Part shown: positions 10,931 through 21,432 of the stretch, in pieces | Position numbering within the stretch: position 1 is the first letter of the stretch | Layout of the letters: each line of letters starts with the position of its first letter | Source of the DNA: an uncultured Verrucomicrobiae bacterium | Lineage (GTDB): Bacteria; Verrucomicrobiota; Verrucomicrobiia; Chthoniobacterales; JAFAMB01 | Length of the DNA: 64,000 bases | Direction of reading: 5' to 3' | Assembly: GCA_963762565.1 (NCBI GenBank) | Contig: CAVXLD010000012.1 | Location: 224,001-288,000, forward strand | Program-made: the position numbers and the translations under genes | Notes under the pieces: generated by a model | The model's database searches: none | What the model saw: only the letters and a program-made list of their open reading frames with translations | Told to the model about the DNA's origin: nothing

Positions 10931-11860
10931 ATGGATTTGATTCTACTGTCGCTGGTTCCGCTGGCGTTCGTCATTCTTTTAGGCTGGTTCGCCGGTTGGC
11001 GCAAAATTGTTGACCCGGCGCACAGCTCCAGCTTGGCAACCTACGTAATGAGTTTCAGTTTTCCTTGCCTTCTTTTTGCCAAAACGGCTACCACCTCGTT
11101 ACAGAACTTAATTAATTATCGTTTTATCACAGGTCTAGGTCTTGGCTTGCTCGGGATGTATCTGGTGGTGTTTCTCTTCAACCGCTACGTTCTACGAAAA
11201 TCCTTAGCCGACAGCTGCCAAACTGCATTTGTTTCTTCATTTCCGGATATGGCTTTCATGGGCATCCCGATTTTCCTGGTGCTGTTCGGCGAAGAATCCC
11301 TGATTTCGATCGTGATAGGAAATCTGATAACCAGTTTGATCATGATACCGGTGACCGTTTCACTCCTGGAAATAGCGGCGGCTTCGGAGGTCAAAACCAA
11401 TATCCTGTTTTTGGTGCTGAAAGTATTTAAGAAACCTTTAGTTCTGGCCCCGGTCATCGGCGCTATCTTTTCAGCTTTAGGGCTCCACCTACCAAAACTG
11501 GCGCTCCAGTCGTTAGAATTAATCGGCGGAACTACTTCAGGCGTTTCGTTGTTCGCCTTAGGCCTAATCATGTCTCAGGATAAGGTGACCATCAGCAAGC
11601 CGGTTCTGTTAAATGTGTTTAACAAGACCGTAGTGCATCCTCTGATCATGTTCGGAGTGGTTATTACTTTTGGCATTACCGGAGCGTTGGCCAGAGAAGC
11701 GATTTTACTATGTGCACTACCGCCAGCAATTATGACCACGATGTTCGCGGCCAAGTACAACGTGCTGAGGCGTGAATCGAGCAGCAGTACGGTCTTTGGA
11801 ACGGTTATTTCGTTAGTGACGCTGGCAATAATCATGCGGGTGTTAGCGATCGGGTCGTAA
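10931..11860 (+). CDS. AEC family (MdcF/auxin-efflux-carrier-like) transporter
   Basis: About 10 TM segments; FPCLLF, FPDMAFMGIP, KPLVLAP, LFALGL, ALPPA motifs. Start set at ATG 10931. Confidence 0.85.
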   Translation: MDLILLSLVPLAFVILLGWFAGWRKIVDPAHSSSLATYVMSFSFPCLLFAKTATTSLQNLINYRFITGLGLGLLGMYLVVFLFNRYVLRKSLADSCQTAFVSSFPDMAFMGIPIFLVLFGEESLISIVIGNLITSLIMIPVTVSLLEIAAASEVKTNILFLVLKVFKKPLVLAPVIGAIFSALGLHLPKLALQSLELIGGTTSGVSLFALGLIMSQDKVTISKPVLLNVFNKTVVHPLIMFGVVITFGITGALAREAILLCALPPAIMTTMFAAKYNVLRRESSSSTVFGTVISLVTLAIIMRVLAIGS

Positions 11861-11874
11861 GGCTCAACGCTGCA

Positions 11875-12363
11875 CTAGGGAAACTCATTTTGCCATTCAA
11901 TGATGGACTCGGGCCGGGCGAAAACGTGTGTCGTGGCCTTCCAGGTCCCGTCCTCTTGCCGCAGTATTTCGAACCAGTGTCCAGTTATGGTCTTGCCGTT
12001 GGCATCGACCGAGTAGTCACCCGTGATTACCCCTTTCGCGTTACCGTCCGGCTCCGCCTCCGTAATCTTTTGATTAAAGTTGGCAGCACCGGCATCAAAA
12101 AGCTGTTGGTAGTGCTTTTGGATTTCGGCTTTTCCGTGCACTACGGTGAGCCTCGGCAGAAGTTCCACAAAAACAGCGTCTTCCGTGAACTGAGCCGCAA
12201 TGCCCGCCGCGTCCTTCTGGTTGTACAATTGGGTGCGCTGTACGATGATCGCTGCAGCCGCCGTCTTAAAGTCTTGCGTACTGTTCTGCTGCGCTGCGGC
12301 TGGCAGTGCTGACACTATGGCCGCGATGGAAAGCAGGAATTGCTTCACTGAGGCCACACTCAT
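11875..12363 (-). CDS. Exported NTF2/SnoaL-like (DUF4440) protein
   Basis: Signal peptide (AAA-Q); DAAGIAAQFTEDA, HGKAEI, RQEDGTWK. Confidence 0.75.
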   Translation of the reverse strand: MSVASVKQFLLSIAAIVSALPAAAQQNSTQDFKTAAAAIIVQRTQLYNQKDAAGIAAQFTEDAVFVELLPRLTVVHGKAEIQKHYQQLFDAGAANFNQKITEAEPDGNAKGVITGDYSVDANGKTITGHWFEILRQEDGTWKATTHVFARPESIIEWQNEFP

Positions 12364-12525
12364 CGCCCGGGATAAGTCGATCATAAAAGAAGAAACCAAT
12401 TATAGTGCGTACGTCGTAAACCGAAAAGCATTGTTAATATCTCCCAGATTTTCAGGGCGTGTCTTGCACAGAGGCACAGAATAAACGTGAGTTCAGAACG
12501 AAAAAGAATGCAATCTCAGGCTGGC

Positions 12526-13180
12526 ATGGGCGACCTTTTCACCGAGGTTAGCCCGGCAGTTGAAACGGAAAAACTGGCTGACGGCGCGTTTCTTTTTTCG
12601 ACGATTTGCTGCCGAAAGCGCTAAGTCTCTGGTGGAGCTGGTTTGGCGAATGGCAAAGGTTTCACCGTTTCGGTACTTGGTGACACCGGGCGGGTACCGG
12701 ATGTCTGTGGCCATGACGAATTGTGGATTGGCCGGCTGGACTTCCGATCGTCAAGGGTATCGCTATGCGAAGATTGATCCCGAGACCGGCGCGGCCTGGC
12801 CGCCGATGCCGGTAGAATTTCAACGGCTGGCCGAGACGGCCGCGGAGCGAGCCGGTTTCCCCGGCTTTAAACCTGAATGTTGTCTAATCAATCGCTATGA
12901 ACCCGGCGCAAAATTGTCTTTGCATCAGGACCGAGACGAGAAGCATTACGAATTCCCCATCGTATCGGTTTCTCTCGGGCTACCGGCAAAGTTCCTTTTT
13001 GGCGGTTTGATGCGAACGGAGCGTCCGAGACGGTTTTGTCTCGAAAACGGGGATGTCGTCGTATGGGGCGGATCATCTAGGCTAGCGTTCCATGGAGTTG
13101 ATACCCTGGCAGATGGTGAGCACCCGTTGACCGGGCGATGCCGGTTGAACCTGACTTTTCGGCAGGGCCTGGCCGGATGA
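12526..13180 (+). CDS. alkB: DNA oxidative demethylase AlkB, apparent +1 frameshift in T6 run at 12593-12598
   Basis: TPGG..MSVAMTNCG, CLINRY.PGAKLSLHQD, RLAFHGV, RLNLTFR. The N-terminus MGDLF..EKLADGAFLF is in a different frame from RRFAAES. Confidence 0.88.
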
Positions 13181-13340
13181 CGACCGGTAGGACCTAAACC
13201 GAGCCCGCCGAGGTCCGCCTAATGATTGGCTCCGTTCGGCAGGTTTCGAGGACGAGGACGACGACGAGGACGAGTACGATCGAGGCTGGTAAACCAAGGT
13301 GGAATAGCTGGTTTGTCGAAGTACTGCCATGCTGCCCGTA

Positions 13341-13661
13341 ATGAAGACAGCAGTACTCGTTAACAGCGGTTATGCTGGTTCGTGCCAGCAAACCATCCCC
13401 CTTGTCCTTCAGCCGGCACGCAAGGGCCGCCGGACTGCAACCCGCGACACACGAGCGGGTGCAAGCCGGCAAGCTCCGAAGGCAAAGCGAGTTGTCGTTC
13501 CGTTTTATGGTTCGAAACCGCGTCTAGAGGCTGCGGATGGGCGAATCTACGTGCCGAAACCAGTCTTGTGGGAATCGCTAGAACTTGGATTCGTTATGGT
13601 GCTATTATCGTCGGCGTTCGCCCTAATTTCCCTGTCGGTGGCTGCAGGCGGAAACCTGTAA
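13341..13661 (+). CDS. Small hypothetical protein with C-terminal TM helix
   Basis: ATG ORF, basic N-terminal part and hydrophobic tail (LGFVMVLLSSAFALISLSV). Confidence 0.45.
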   Translation: MKTAVLVNSGYAGSCQQTIPLVLQPARKGRRTATRDTRAGASRQAPKAKRVVVPFYGSKPRLEAADGRIYVPKPVLWESLELGFVMVLLSSAFALISLSVAAGGNL

Positions 13662-13681
13662 CCAGGAAACCATAAACACAG

Positions 13682-14677
13682 ATGACAAATAGCCGCCCCT
13701 TACAAAACCCTCAAGGAGGGCTCTGTATTTGTCATTTGTCATCTGTCATTTGTCATATTCGATCGCTGATTAGCCGATACGCGATTCCGGCGCCGCTAAC
13801 CCTATGTCGGACAAGTTTAATCGGCCTGCTCCTGCTAATGCTGCATTCGGTCTCGGCAGCCCTAGATGAGGTGGACGAGACGGGGGTTAGTGGGTCTTCG
13901 GTTGAAGCTGAATTGGGGCAACGGGTCCGGGAGCTAGGGCGACCTCTGTATCGGACTTTCACCAGAAAAGACGAAGGAATCGTAAACAAGATCCTAACCG
14001 GTGTTCAGGATCCACGCGGGTTAATGATCTTCGGCAGTGTGAATTGCGTATTGGAATACGATGGCCAACACTGGACGTCGATCCCGATCCCGAATAGTGG
14101 TTACATTGTTTCGCTGGCCTGTGACAAGTCAGGGACGATATACGTTGGCGGTGAAAGCGAGCTGGGTGCGCTGGTTCCGGATGGCGGCACCTATCGGTAT
14201 AAATCGTACAAATCGCTCCTGCCCGCATCAGAGTCACATTTTGGAGAAATCAGAGGTGTGGCCGTTCACGGAGACGCTGTCTACTTCCTTGCAGAAAAGA
14301 GCTTGCTGCGTTGGGATGGCCAACAGTTCTCTGTAATTCACCTTCCGTACGAAGTTGGTAGCTCGTGGTATCTCTCATCTTTTTCCGGGCGCGTTTTCGT
14401 CCACGCTAAACACCAACCCTATTCCGAGGTGGTTGGCGATCATCTCGAACCAGTCTTGGACGACCCTGTGCTTCGGGAAACTACAGTCACCGGCGCGATC
14501 GAGCTAGCAAAGGACAAGACCCTGCTGGTAACAAAGGAGAAAGGGATCTTTGAGCTCCATGATTCCGATCCGCTGGGAGTTCGGAGTGGAGGTGGATGGA
14601 GCAGATCGTTCCATTTAAGACCGACGCGGACGATTTATTTACGCGTCAATCCTATGTCGAACACGCTCAGCCCATAA
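13682..14677 (+). CDS. N-terminal fragment (beta-propeller sensor domain) of hybrid sensor kinase; true start probably downstream of the tandem repeat
   Basis: Signal-like [14 protein letters not shown]; propeller blades [27 protein letters not shown]; continues in another frame near 14570-14600. Confidence 0.7.
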   Translation: MTNSRPLQNPQGGLCICHLSSVICHIRSLISRYAIPAPLTLCRTSLIGLLLLMLHSVSAALDEVDETGVSGSSVEAELGQRVRELGRPLYRTFTRKDEGIVNKILTGVQDPRGLMIFGSVNCVLEYDGQHWTSIPIPNSGYIVSLACDKSGTIYVGGESELGALVPDGGTYRYKSYKSLLPASESHFGEIRGVAVHGDAVYFLAEKSLLRWDGQQFSVIHLPYEVGSSWYLSSFSGRVFVHAKHQPYSEVVGDHLEPVLDDPVLRETTVTGAIELAKDKTLLVTKEKGIFELHDSDPLGVRSGGGWSRSFHLRPTRTIYLRVNPMSNTLSP

Positions 14678-17600
14678 GTCGAGGGATCTTCGTGGTTGGG
14701 GTTGAAGGACGCGGGCTTGTGTTTCTTAATGCTGATGGACGGATCCAGCAAACGTTCCTAGAAGAGGATGGTTTACCGAGCGGAGCATTGTACGATTTGC
14801 GTCGCGACCGCAACGGCGGTCTCTGGGTGTTCGGTGAAAATGGTCTAACCAGAGTTGATACCAATCGAAGCATTTCAGTATTTGATCATGACAACGGACT
14901 GCCCAAGACTGATGTCGCTTCCACTATAAGGTTCGCCGGGTCGTTATATGCGTTGACGGGGTACGGTCTTTACCGCTTGGAGTCCGGCGGAGGTGGGCTG
15001 GCTTCTTCGCAATTTCGCAAGGTTCCGGGTGTGACTGATGAGCTCTGGCACGCGCTGGTGGCACCGCCCCATGGTTTAATTCTGACTGGCGACAAAGGCG
15101 TGTATCTTTTCGACGGCAGCCGTTTCCAAGTTATTACGAACGCGCCAGAAACCTACGCGCTCGCGCGATCGGGGAAGGATCCGGATTTACTTTTCTTAGG
15201 CAGCCACACGGGTTTGCGAGCGGTCAGGTTCACAGACGGTCGTTGGGTCGACCAAGGAACTATGCCACGCTCTGAACAGGGTGTAGGTTCAATCGCAGAG
15301 ACTGCCAACGGCGATCTCCTAATCGATACAGAGGAAGGCTTTTTTCAGGTCAAAGTTGGCCCGGATCCGCATACGCCATTCAAAGATGCACGCTGGGAAG
15401 CGCTACCCAACGCTCCGCCAGTCACCACAATGTGTCGGATCCAGCCTTGGGGTAAACTGTTTCTGTTTACTAACGACCAAAACGTATTTTTGTTCCAGGA
15501 CTCTGATCGTTCCTTTTGCCGAGCGGATCTTCTCCCGAGACAGATGATGGGCCGCGAAATCCACATGGTGCAAGCTACGCCTTCTGACGCCGATCATCTC
15601 TGGCTCGAAACGATCATTGGAGAACTTGGTTCAGTTCAAACCCAAGAGATCGGACGATTGGATGCAGACGGAAGCTATCACTCCTTACCTCGTTCGATTT
15701 CAGCAGTTCTCGGCGGGGTTAAGTCGTTTTACGAGGAGTATTTTCGAGACGAATCGACCCTCTGGATATCCGGAGAGTATGGCGCAATTGCGCGGATTGA
15801 TCTTGGCCGTTCACCTCAACATCACCCCCTAAAACTCTACTTACGGGAGGCAACAGCTGACTGGGATGAACAAGTCCGACTGCCGCAGAATGGCGCCGCT
15901 TTAGAATTGCCTTTCGAGAAACGGGATCTCCGGCTCCGGTTTGCAACTGATGATTATGATGGGCCGGACGAAGTCCGCTATCGGACAAAACTCGAAGGAC
16001 TGAACGCCGATTGGACCTCGTTCATGGAGGAGCCAACCTGGCAATCGGGTTCCTTGAGCGAGGGAAGATATCTGTTACACGTACAGGCCCGAGACAGCGG
16101 GGGTGTGGATAGCAATGAGGTTAGCGTTGCGATCACTATCTTCCCGCCCTGGTATCGCACTCCCTGGATGTACGCCGTTTATCTCGGCGGAGGTATTTTG
16201 TTGGTTTTCGGCCTGGTGCGTTGGCGGTTATGGCAAATGCGAGCCCGGGAAAAGGAGCTGGTCGCGGTGGTCGACCATCGGACTCGAGAGCTACGTGAGA
16301 GCGAAGAGCGTTTACGCCAGCACTATGAGGAGCTGCGCCAGAGCAAAAAGCGTTTGCAGGAAGCCAAGAACAACGCTGAAGCGGCTAACCGCGCTAAGAC
16401 CGCTTTCCTGGCGAATATGAGTCATGAAGTGCGTACACCGTTGAACAGCATTCTCGGATATGCCCAGTTGCTGCTGCGCGGTTGCGAAAACGTCAAGGAT
16501 CCGCGCCCAAAACTGCAGTCAATTATCGACAGTGGCACCCATCTTCTGGGGATGATGAATGAGCTGCTCGATTTGGCGCGAGTCGAATCGGGTAAGTTGG
16601 CCATCAATCCTGAACCGCTTAATCTTCCTTCTTTCCTGCAATCGCTAGTTGCCGAATTTGAAATTCGCGCTCGGCAAAGCGGCTTAAAATTTGAATTCTC
16701 CGTGGAACGGGCCTTGCCCCAATGGATCGAAACCGATCCGCTCCGGCTCCGGCAGATAGTCTATAATCTGGTTGGGAACGCGTTCAAATTCACGCACGCC
16801 GGTTCCGTGTCGCTCCAAGTATCCGAATGTGCGGAAGATACCTGGCGACCCGGCTCCGCCTCCGCAGACTACGGCGCGACAGGTTCCGCCTCCGCAGGCA
16901 ACGGCGCGACAGGGTCAGACTCGGCCGAGCCTGGGTCGGGATCCAAGGCTGATTCGAGATTATTACTAGTCGTTTCTGACACTGGGAGAGGAATTGCCGA
17001 GTCGGATCTACCTCATCTGTTTAAGCCCTTCTACCAGGCAGTAAATAATGAGCAGTGCGCGGAGGGAATCGGTCTGGGACTCTATATTACCCATAAGATT
17101 GTGCACCTCCTTGGCGGCCAGATTAATGCGGCTAGCGTGCTCGGACAGGGGAGCAAATTCTCGGTGGAGTTGCCACTGAATTTAGTTATGAAAGCGCAGG
17201 AGGTATGTGCCGATTCAGAAGTGATCGGCTATGAAGGCCAGCCTCGAGAGCTTTTGTTGGTCGACGATGATCCCTTGAATCGGGACGTCCTCAAACAGTT
17301 TCTTTCCACAGTCGGATTTTGTGTACAGGAAGCCGATTCGGGGGATTCAGCGCTCAGAATCATCCGTTCTCATCGTTTCGATGGGGTCATTAGCGATATT
17401 CGAATGACCGGCAAAGACGGGAATGCTTTCTGCAGAGAGGTCCGATCGGACGAGACGCTAGCCGGGATCGTGATGATTGCGTCTTCGGCCAGTGTTTACG
17501 ATGGGGATCGACAGGCGGCCGAGTCCGCCGGGTTCAACGATTTCCTAGCAAAACCGGTAAAGGAACGAGAGCTTTTCCGGCTTCTGGGACAGCATTTGGG

Positions 17601-17979
17601 GCTCAAGTGGATTGTCAGGCGCGACGGAGGCGTTAACGGCTCGGCTGCGAAGCAGAGAGTGCAACCGGATATCGACCGTATCCTGATAACGGGGCGGGAC
17701 GTACCAGCCGAAGAGTTGCAGCTGCTACTGAAACTGGCTGGTGAAGGCGATGTAGTGGCTCTCCGCCAATCGCTCCAGGATCTTGTGGAGACCGACCCAA
17801 CGCACGCGCAGTTCGCCGAGCAGTTAGGCATGCTCGTTTCTGCCTATCGGATCGACGAGGTTGAAACCTTACTGCAGCAACTCCTCTGTGAAGCAACTGA
17901 GTCGATCCGTGCGTCAACTTTTGAGAAGCGAGAGAAGCGAGAGGAGTTCAGGAGTTCAGGAGTTGCAGGAGTTCAGTAG
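14596..17979 (+). CDS. Hybrid sensor histidine kinase, C-terminal part (propeller, Y_Y_Y, TM, HisKA, HATPase_c, REC)
   Basis: YRTKLEG..W..L.EGRY (Y_Y_Y), [62 protein letters not shown]. Confidence 0.92.
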   Translation: MEQIVPFKTDADDLFTRQSYVEHAQPISRGIFVVGVEGRGLVFLNADGRIQQTFLEEDGLPSGALYDLRRDRNGGLWVFGENGLTRVDTNRSISVFDHDNGLPKTDVASTIRFAGSLYALTGYGLYRLESGGGGLASSQFRKVPGVTDELWHALVAPPHGLILTGDKGVYLFDGSRFQVITNAPETYALARSGKDPDLLFLGSHTGLRAVRFTDGRWVDQGTMPRSEQGVGSIAETANGDLLIDTEEGFFQVKVGPDPHTPFKDARWEALPNAPPVTTMCRIQPWGKLFLFTNDQNVFLFQDSDRSFCRADLLPRQMMGREIHMVQATPSDADHLWLETIIGELGSVQTQEIGRLDADGSYHSLPRSISAVLGGVKSFYEEYFRDESTLWISGEYGAIARIDLGRSPQHHPLKLYLREATADWDEQVRLPQNGAALELPFEKRDLRLRFATDDYDGPDEVRYRTKLEGLNADWTSFMEEPTWQSGSLSEGRYLLHVQARDSGGVDSNEVSVAITIFPPWYRTPWMYAVYLGGGILLVFGLVRWRLWQMRAREKELVAVVDHRTRELRESEERLRQHYEELRQSKKRLQEAKNNAEAANRAKTAFLANMSHEVRTPLNSILGYAQLLLRGCENVKDPRPKLQSIIDSGTHLLGMMNELLDLARVESGKLAINPEPLNLPSFLQSLVAEFEIRARQSGLKFEFSVERALPQWIETDPLRLRQIVYNLVGNAFKFTHAGSVSLQVSECAEDTWRPGSASADYGATGSASAGNGATGSDSAEPGSGSKADSRLLLVVSDTGRGIAESDLPHLFKPFYQAVNNEQCAEGIGLGLYITHKIVHLLGGQINAASVLGQGSKFSVELPLNLVMKAQEVCADSEVIGYEGQPRELLLVDDDPLNRDVLKQFLSTVGFCVQEADSGDSALRIIRSHRFDGVISDIRMTGKDGNAFCREVRSDETLAGIVMIASSASVYDGDRQAAESAGFNDFLAKPVKERELFRLLGQHLGLKWIVRRDGGVNGSAAKQRVQPDIDRILITGRDVPAEELQLLLKLAGEGDVVALRQSLQDLVETDPTHAQFAEQLGMLVSAYRIDEVETLLQQLLCEATESIRASTFEKREKREEFRSSGVAGVQ
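16855..16913 (+). repeat. Two tandem 30-bp REP-like units in frame within the kinase HATPase domain
   Basis: TCCGCCTCCGCAGACTACGGCGCGACAGG and TCCGCCTCCGCAGGCAACGGCGCGACAGG; an inverted intergenic homolog lies at 10745-10771. Confidence 0.75.
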
Positions 17980-18095
17980 ATGGCAATCAGAAGACTCGAG
18001 CTCAAAAAAAAGGGCGCCGAACCGACTGCAGTGTTCGCAATTCTTTTCTCTTGGCATTCATAAACTCCTGCAACTTCTGAACTCCTGTAACTCCA
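17942..18095. repeat. Inverted pair of short tandem repeats (AGGAGTTC/AGGAGTTGC ... AACTCCTG)
   Basis: AGGAGTTCAGGAGTTCAGGAGTTGCAGGAGTTC and AACTCCTGCAACTTCTGAACTCCTGTAACTCC. Confidence 0.8.
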
Positions 18096-18140
18096 TCGCA
18101 TCAAATACATTACCAATGCAAAACTTCCTGTCTTTTCCCG

Positions 18141-19097
18141 ATGAATACAATTCTAGTCGTCGACGATGTTCCCGCTAACGCTGACGTTGTCCTAAATCAT
18201 CTCACAGCGGGCGGCTTTCGCGTGCTATATGCGGGAAGCGGGGCCCGAGCCCTTAAACAGTTGGAGTACTCGATTCCCGACCTCATTCTCCTGGACATAA
18301 AAATGCCTGGACTAGATGGAATCGAGACGTGCCGGCTGATCAAGCAGCGCCCGGAATGGCGGAACATTCCGGTCATTTTCATTACCGGCGCCGATGAGCT
18401 TTCTCAAAAGCTAGCCGCCTTCGAGGCGGGCGGCGTCGACTTTGTAACCAAGCCAATTCTTCCGGAAGAAGTAGAAGCACGGGTTCGAACTCATTTGCGC
18501 CTCCGGGAACTGCAAGCCGAGTTGGAACAGAAGAATCAGGCTCTCATTGAGGAAATCGAGTTGAGGTTAGATGCAGAAAAGCAACTTGAAGCGAGACTTG
18601 ATCAGGCGTTCGTGATTGCCAGTTACGAAGGCGGCGTCCATTTCTCGACTCGTCAGGCCGGCATTTTGCTGCAGGCGTTTTTCCCGAGCACTTCGATGAC
18701 GACGCTGCCGGAAGCCGTTGTTCGCTGGCTGGTCTCGGCCGAGAGACAAAGGCCCCTGGTCGTCCAGAATTCCCAAAAAGGCGACTTGCAGATTGAACAC
18801 CTAGCCTCATCGGATTCTACAAATCTAGCCCTATTGCGACTGGAGCAACGTAACAGTTGTTGGGGACCTAAGGCCCTCCAGACTCTCGGACTCACGCCCC
18901 GCGAAGCGGAGGTTCTTTATTGGATAACAGAGGGAAAAACCAACCCGGAGATTGCCACAATCCTGGATACAACGCTGCACACGGTCAAAAAGCATAACAA
19001 CAAACTCTTCGCTAAGCTCGGCGTTGAGACCCGTATGGCGGCTGCACGGCTGGCAATGAGTGTGTTGGCCGGGTCCACGGAAGAGATCAGGGCCTGA
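18141..19097 (+). CDS. Response regulator with REC and LuxR HTH domains
   Basis: ILVVDD, LILLDIKMPGLDG, FVTKP; LTPREAEVLYWITEGKTNPEIA..TVKKH. Confidence 0.93.
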   Translation: MNTILVVDDVPANADVVLNHLTAGGFRVLYAGSGARALKQLEYSIPDLILLDIKMPGLDGIETCRLIKQRPEWRNIPVIFITGADELSQKLAAFEAGGVDFVTKPILPEEVEARVRTHLRLRELQAELEQKNQALIEEIELRLDAEKQLEARLDQAFVIASYEGGVHFSTRQAGILLQAFFPSTSMTTLPEAVVRWLVSAERQRPLVVQNSQKGDLQIEHLASSDSTNLALLRLEQRNSCWGPKALQTLGLTPREAEVLYWITEGKTNPEIATILDTTLHTVKKHNNKLFAKLGVETRMAAARLAMSVLAGSTEEIRA

Positions 19098-19297
19098 TGC
19101 TGGCAAGGTGATGAGGCCGGGTGCTCATTCAGGGCTTTCCTCTTCAAGGGCGTTCTATCCATTGGCGCGGCTTGTTGCGTTTACTCCGCCTACTTCCATT
19201 TCTTAATCACCTCGGTCAGCCTGCTGTTCCCCCCCCTCTACCGGCGAGGAATTCACTCAGATTGCGAGTTCAGTCACGCTAGAATAGGGTAGCTGGC

Positions 19298-20161
19298 GTG
19301 ACCCAGGGCCGAATCATCAGCAAATCAGGGGGCCCAGTTCCCGGTGGTTACTGGCAAAGTTTCCGTTGGATGCCTCATCCCGAGCTGGCGCTGCATGTTC
19401 GCGGGTACAATGGATATTTCGAAAACTCATCTCAACGGGTTCGACGCCGCGAGCTGCCGTCTGGTGAAGTCGCCTTGATCATTTCGTTGGGGCCGCAATG
19501 GTGGTCGATCGATCCGGCAACCGGGATTCCAATCGGTACTCTACGTACGTTTGTTGCCGGTCTCGATGACACCTACAGCCTGGTTGACTCGGAGACGCCA
19601 GGTGCTGCCATCCAGGTCGACTTTACACCAATCGGCGCGCGTCAACTTTTACAACTTCCGATGCACCTGGTTTCAAAACGAACCACGGAGCTGATTGACC
19701 TGTTAGGCAGTAAAGCAGATCGCCTGGTTGAACAGCTCGCCGAAACAGCGGATTGGCTGAGCAGGTTTGTAATTTTAGACAATTTTTTGCTCTCAAGAAT
19801 TCGGGGAGCTAGAAAGCCGGCCAGAGAACTCGATTGGGCTTGGCGACAACTTGATCTCTCGCGCGGTTCTATTCGCGTTGAGAAAATCACGGAGCAGCTA
19901 GGATGGAGTCGCAAGCGGTTGGTCAATACCTTCCGGGATGAAATTGGTATACCACCAAAAGCCCTCGCTCGGATTTTACGTTTTCGAATGACGCTAGCAG
20001 AGCTCAACGCCCGACAAATCGTCAACTTTTCGGAAGTCGCCGTGGAATGCGGGTATAGCGATCAAGCGCATATGATCCGCGATTTCAAAGATTTCTCTGG
20101 CTTGACGCCGGTGGAGCTGGTGCGGGTCTATTCCTCGGAAGCAGGAACTATCGAGCGATAA
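19298..20161 (+). CDS. AraC family transcriptional regulator
   Basis: LGWSRKRL..F..EIGIPPK, VAVECGYSDQAHMIRDFKDFSGLTP. Confidence 0.92.
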   Translation: MTQGRIISKSGGPVPGGYWQSFRWMPHPELALHVRGYNGYFENSSQRVRRRELPSGEVALIISLGPQWWSIDPATGIPIGTLRTFVAGLDDTYSLVDSETPGAAIQVDFTPIGARQLLQLPMHLVSKRTTELIDLLGSKADRLVEQLAETADWLSRFVILDNFLLSRIRGARKPARELDWAWRQLDLSRGSIRVEKITEQLGWSRKRLVNTFRDEIGIPPKALARILRFRMTLAELNARQIVNFSEVAVECGYSDQAHMIRDFKDFSGLTPVELVRVYSSEAGTIER

Positions 20162-20169
20162 TGCCCGCA

Positions 20170-20295
20170 TGGGGAGGGCGCGCGTCCCCGCGCGACATGA
20201 AGACGTTCCAACAGCCCTAGACGAATTTAATCGCTGGATCTACCAACGCGTGTGGCTCGGCGAATAACGTATCGCGAGGACGCGATCCCTCCCCA
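20170..20295. repeat. REPIN-like element, family E, copy 1
   Basis: TGGGGAGGGCGCGCGTCCCCGCG ... CGCGAGGACGCGATCCCTCCCCA; an inverted relative lies at 59660-59840. Confidence 0.7.
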
Positions 20296-20406
20296 GGCTG
20301 CGCAACGAGCGACAAAAACGCACCAGAGAAACATTTCTTCAATACGGACGGTCGCTGTGGTTTTACCGTTTCGCGTCAATCAACCGTAACTAGAAAGAAA
20401 TCACCT

Positions 20407-20832
20407 ATGTCTAACCCAACTAAAGAAGGACCGTCGACAATCATCCCCGCCATGCGATATCGAAATGCGCCAGCGGCAATAGAATGGCTCTGCGAGGCGT
20501 TCGGATTCGAGAAACATTTGGTCTGCCCAGGAGAGAACGGCACTATTGCTCATGCCGAACTCACTTTGGGCAATGGGATGATGATGCTCGGCTCCGTTCT
20601 CGACAACGATTTCGCAAAGCTGATTAAGCAACCAGATGAGCTCAATGGCTTTGAAACCCAGTGCTCATATGTTGTCGTGAAAGACGCGGATGCTCACTAT
20701 GCTCTGGCGGTAGCGGCGGGAGCGAAGATCGTCCGCGAGATTGAAGATGCGAGCTATGGTGGCCGCGGCTATTCCTGCCGAGATTTAGAGGGCCATCTCT
20801 GGAGCTTTGGGAGCTACGATCCCTGGTGCTAG
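20407..20832 (+). CDS. VOC/glyoxalase family protein
   Basis: AAIEWLCEAFGF, IAHAELTLG, YGGRGYSCRDLEGHLWSFGSY. Confidence 0.9.
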   Translation: MSNPTKEGPSTIIPAMRYRNAPAAIEWLCEAFGFEKHLVCPGENGTIAHAELTLGNGMMMLGSVLDNDFAKLIKQPDELNGFETQCSYVVVKDADAHYALAVAAGAKIVREIEDASYGGRGYSCRDLEGHLWSFGSYDPWC

Positions 20833-20856
20833 CCGAAGTCGCCAAATGCTCGTTCG

Positions 20857-20955
20857 GAATAGCAAATAGAAAATAGTAGATAGCAAATTGAGTCTTGAAC
20901 CGTCCGGCGCGGTTTGGTGACTCTATTTGCTATTTGCGATGTGCTATTTTCTATT
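20857..20955. repeat. Inverted pair of heptamer tandem repeats (TAGCAAA / TTTGCTA)
   Basis: AATAGCAAATAGAAAATAGTAGATAGCAAAT ... CTATTTGCTATTTGCGATGTGCTATTTTCTATT between convergent genes. Confidence 0.75.
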
Positions 20956-21346
20956 CCGAACGAGCTTTTGGCGCGTTCAACGGCTCTGGTTTTGGCGCAA
21001 TTTTTATGTTGTAGGCTTTAGCGTTTCGCTTGCCCCAAAGTCCCATCGCTGTCAGCACGGATTCGAGGCTGTGTCCGCGTTGGGTGAGAGAATACTCCAC
21101 CTTTGGTGGTACTTGTTGATACACCTTGCGGCGCACCAGGCCGTCCCTTTCCAACTCACGTAGTTGCTGGGTCAGCATTTTCTTGCTGGCGTTCTTCACG
21201 ATTCGACGCAACTGGCCGAAACGGAGTATGCCGTCCTGCTGGAGGTAGTAGAGCAGAAGCGGCTTATATTTTCCGCCGATTACCGCCAACGTGACCTCCA
21301 CCGGACAAAGGCAGACGGATTGCTTTGGATCTTCGGTTTCCAACAA
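20951..21346 (-). CDS. HxlR family winged-helix transcriptional regulator
   Basis: CPVEVTL.VIGGKYK, RFGQL, KMLTQQLRELERDGLV.R.VY.QVPPKVEYSLT; divergent from the quinone reductase. Confidence 0.93.
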   Translation of the reverse strand: MLETEDPKQSVCLCPVEVTLAVIGGKYKPLLLYYLQQDGILRFGQLRRIVKNASKKMLTQQLRELERDGLVRRKVYQQVPPKVEYSLTQRGHSLESVLTAMGLWGKRNAKAYNIKIAPKPEPLNAPKARSE

Positions 21347-21432
21347 GGCTATAGGTTACAAAAAGGTGCCTAGTTGTCAAAATGTACCTTCGATGCCACG
21401 ATCAGCGCCAGTGACTGTTGACTTAAAAAATC

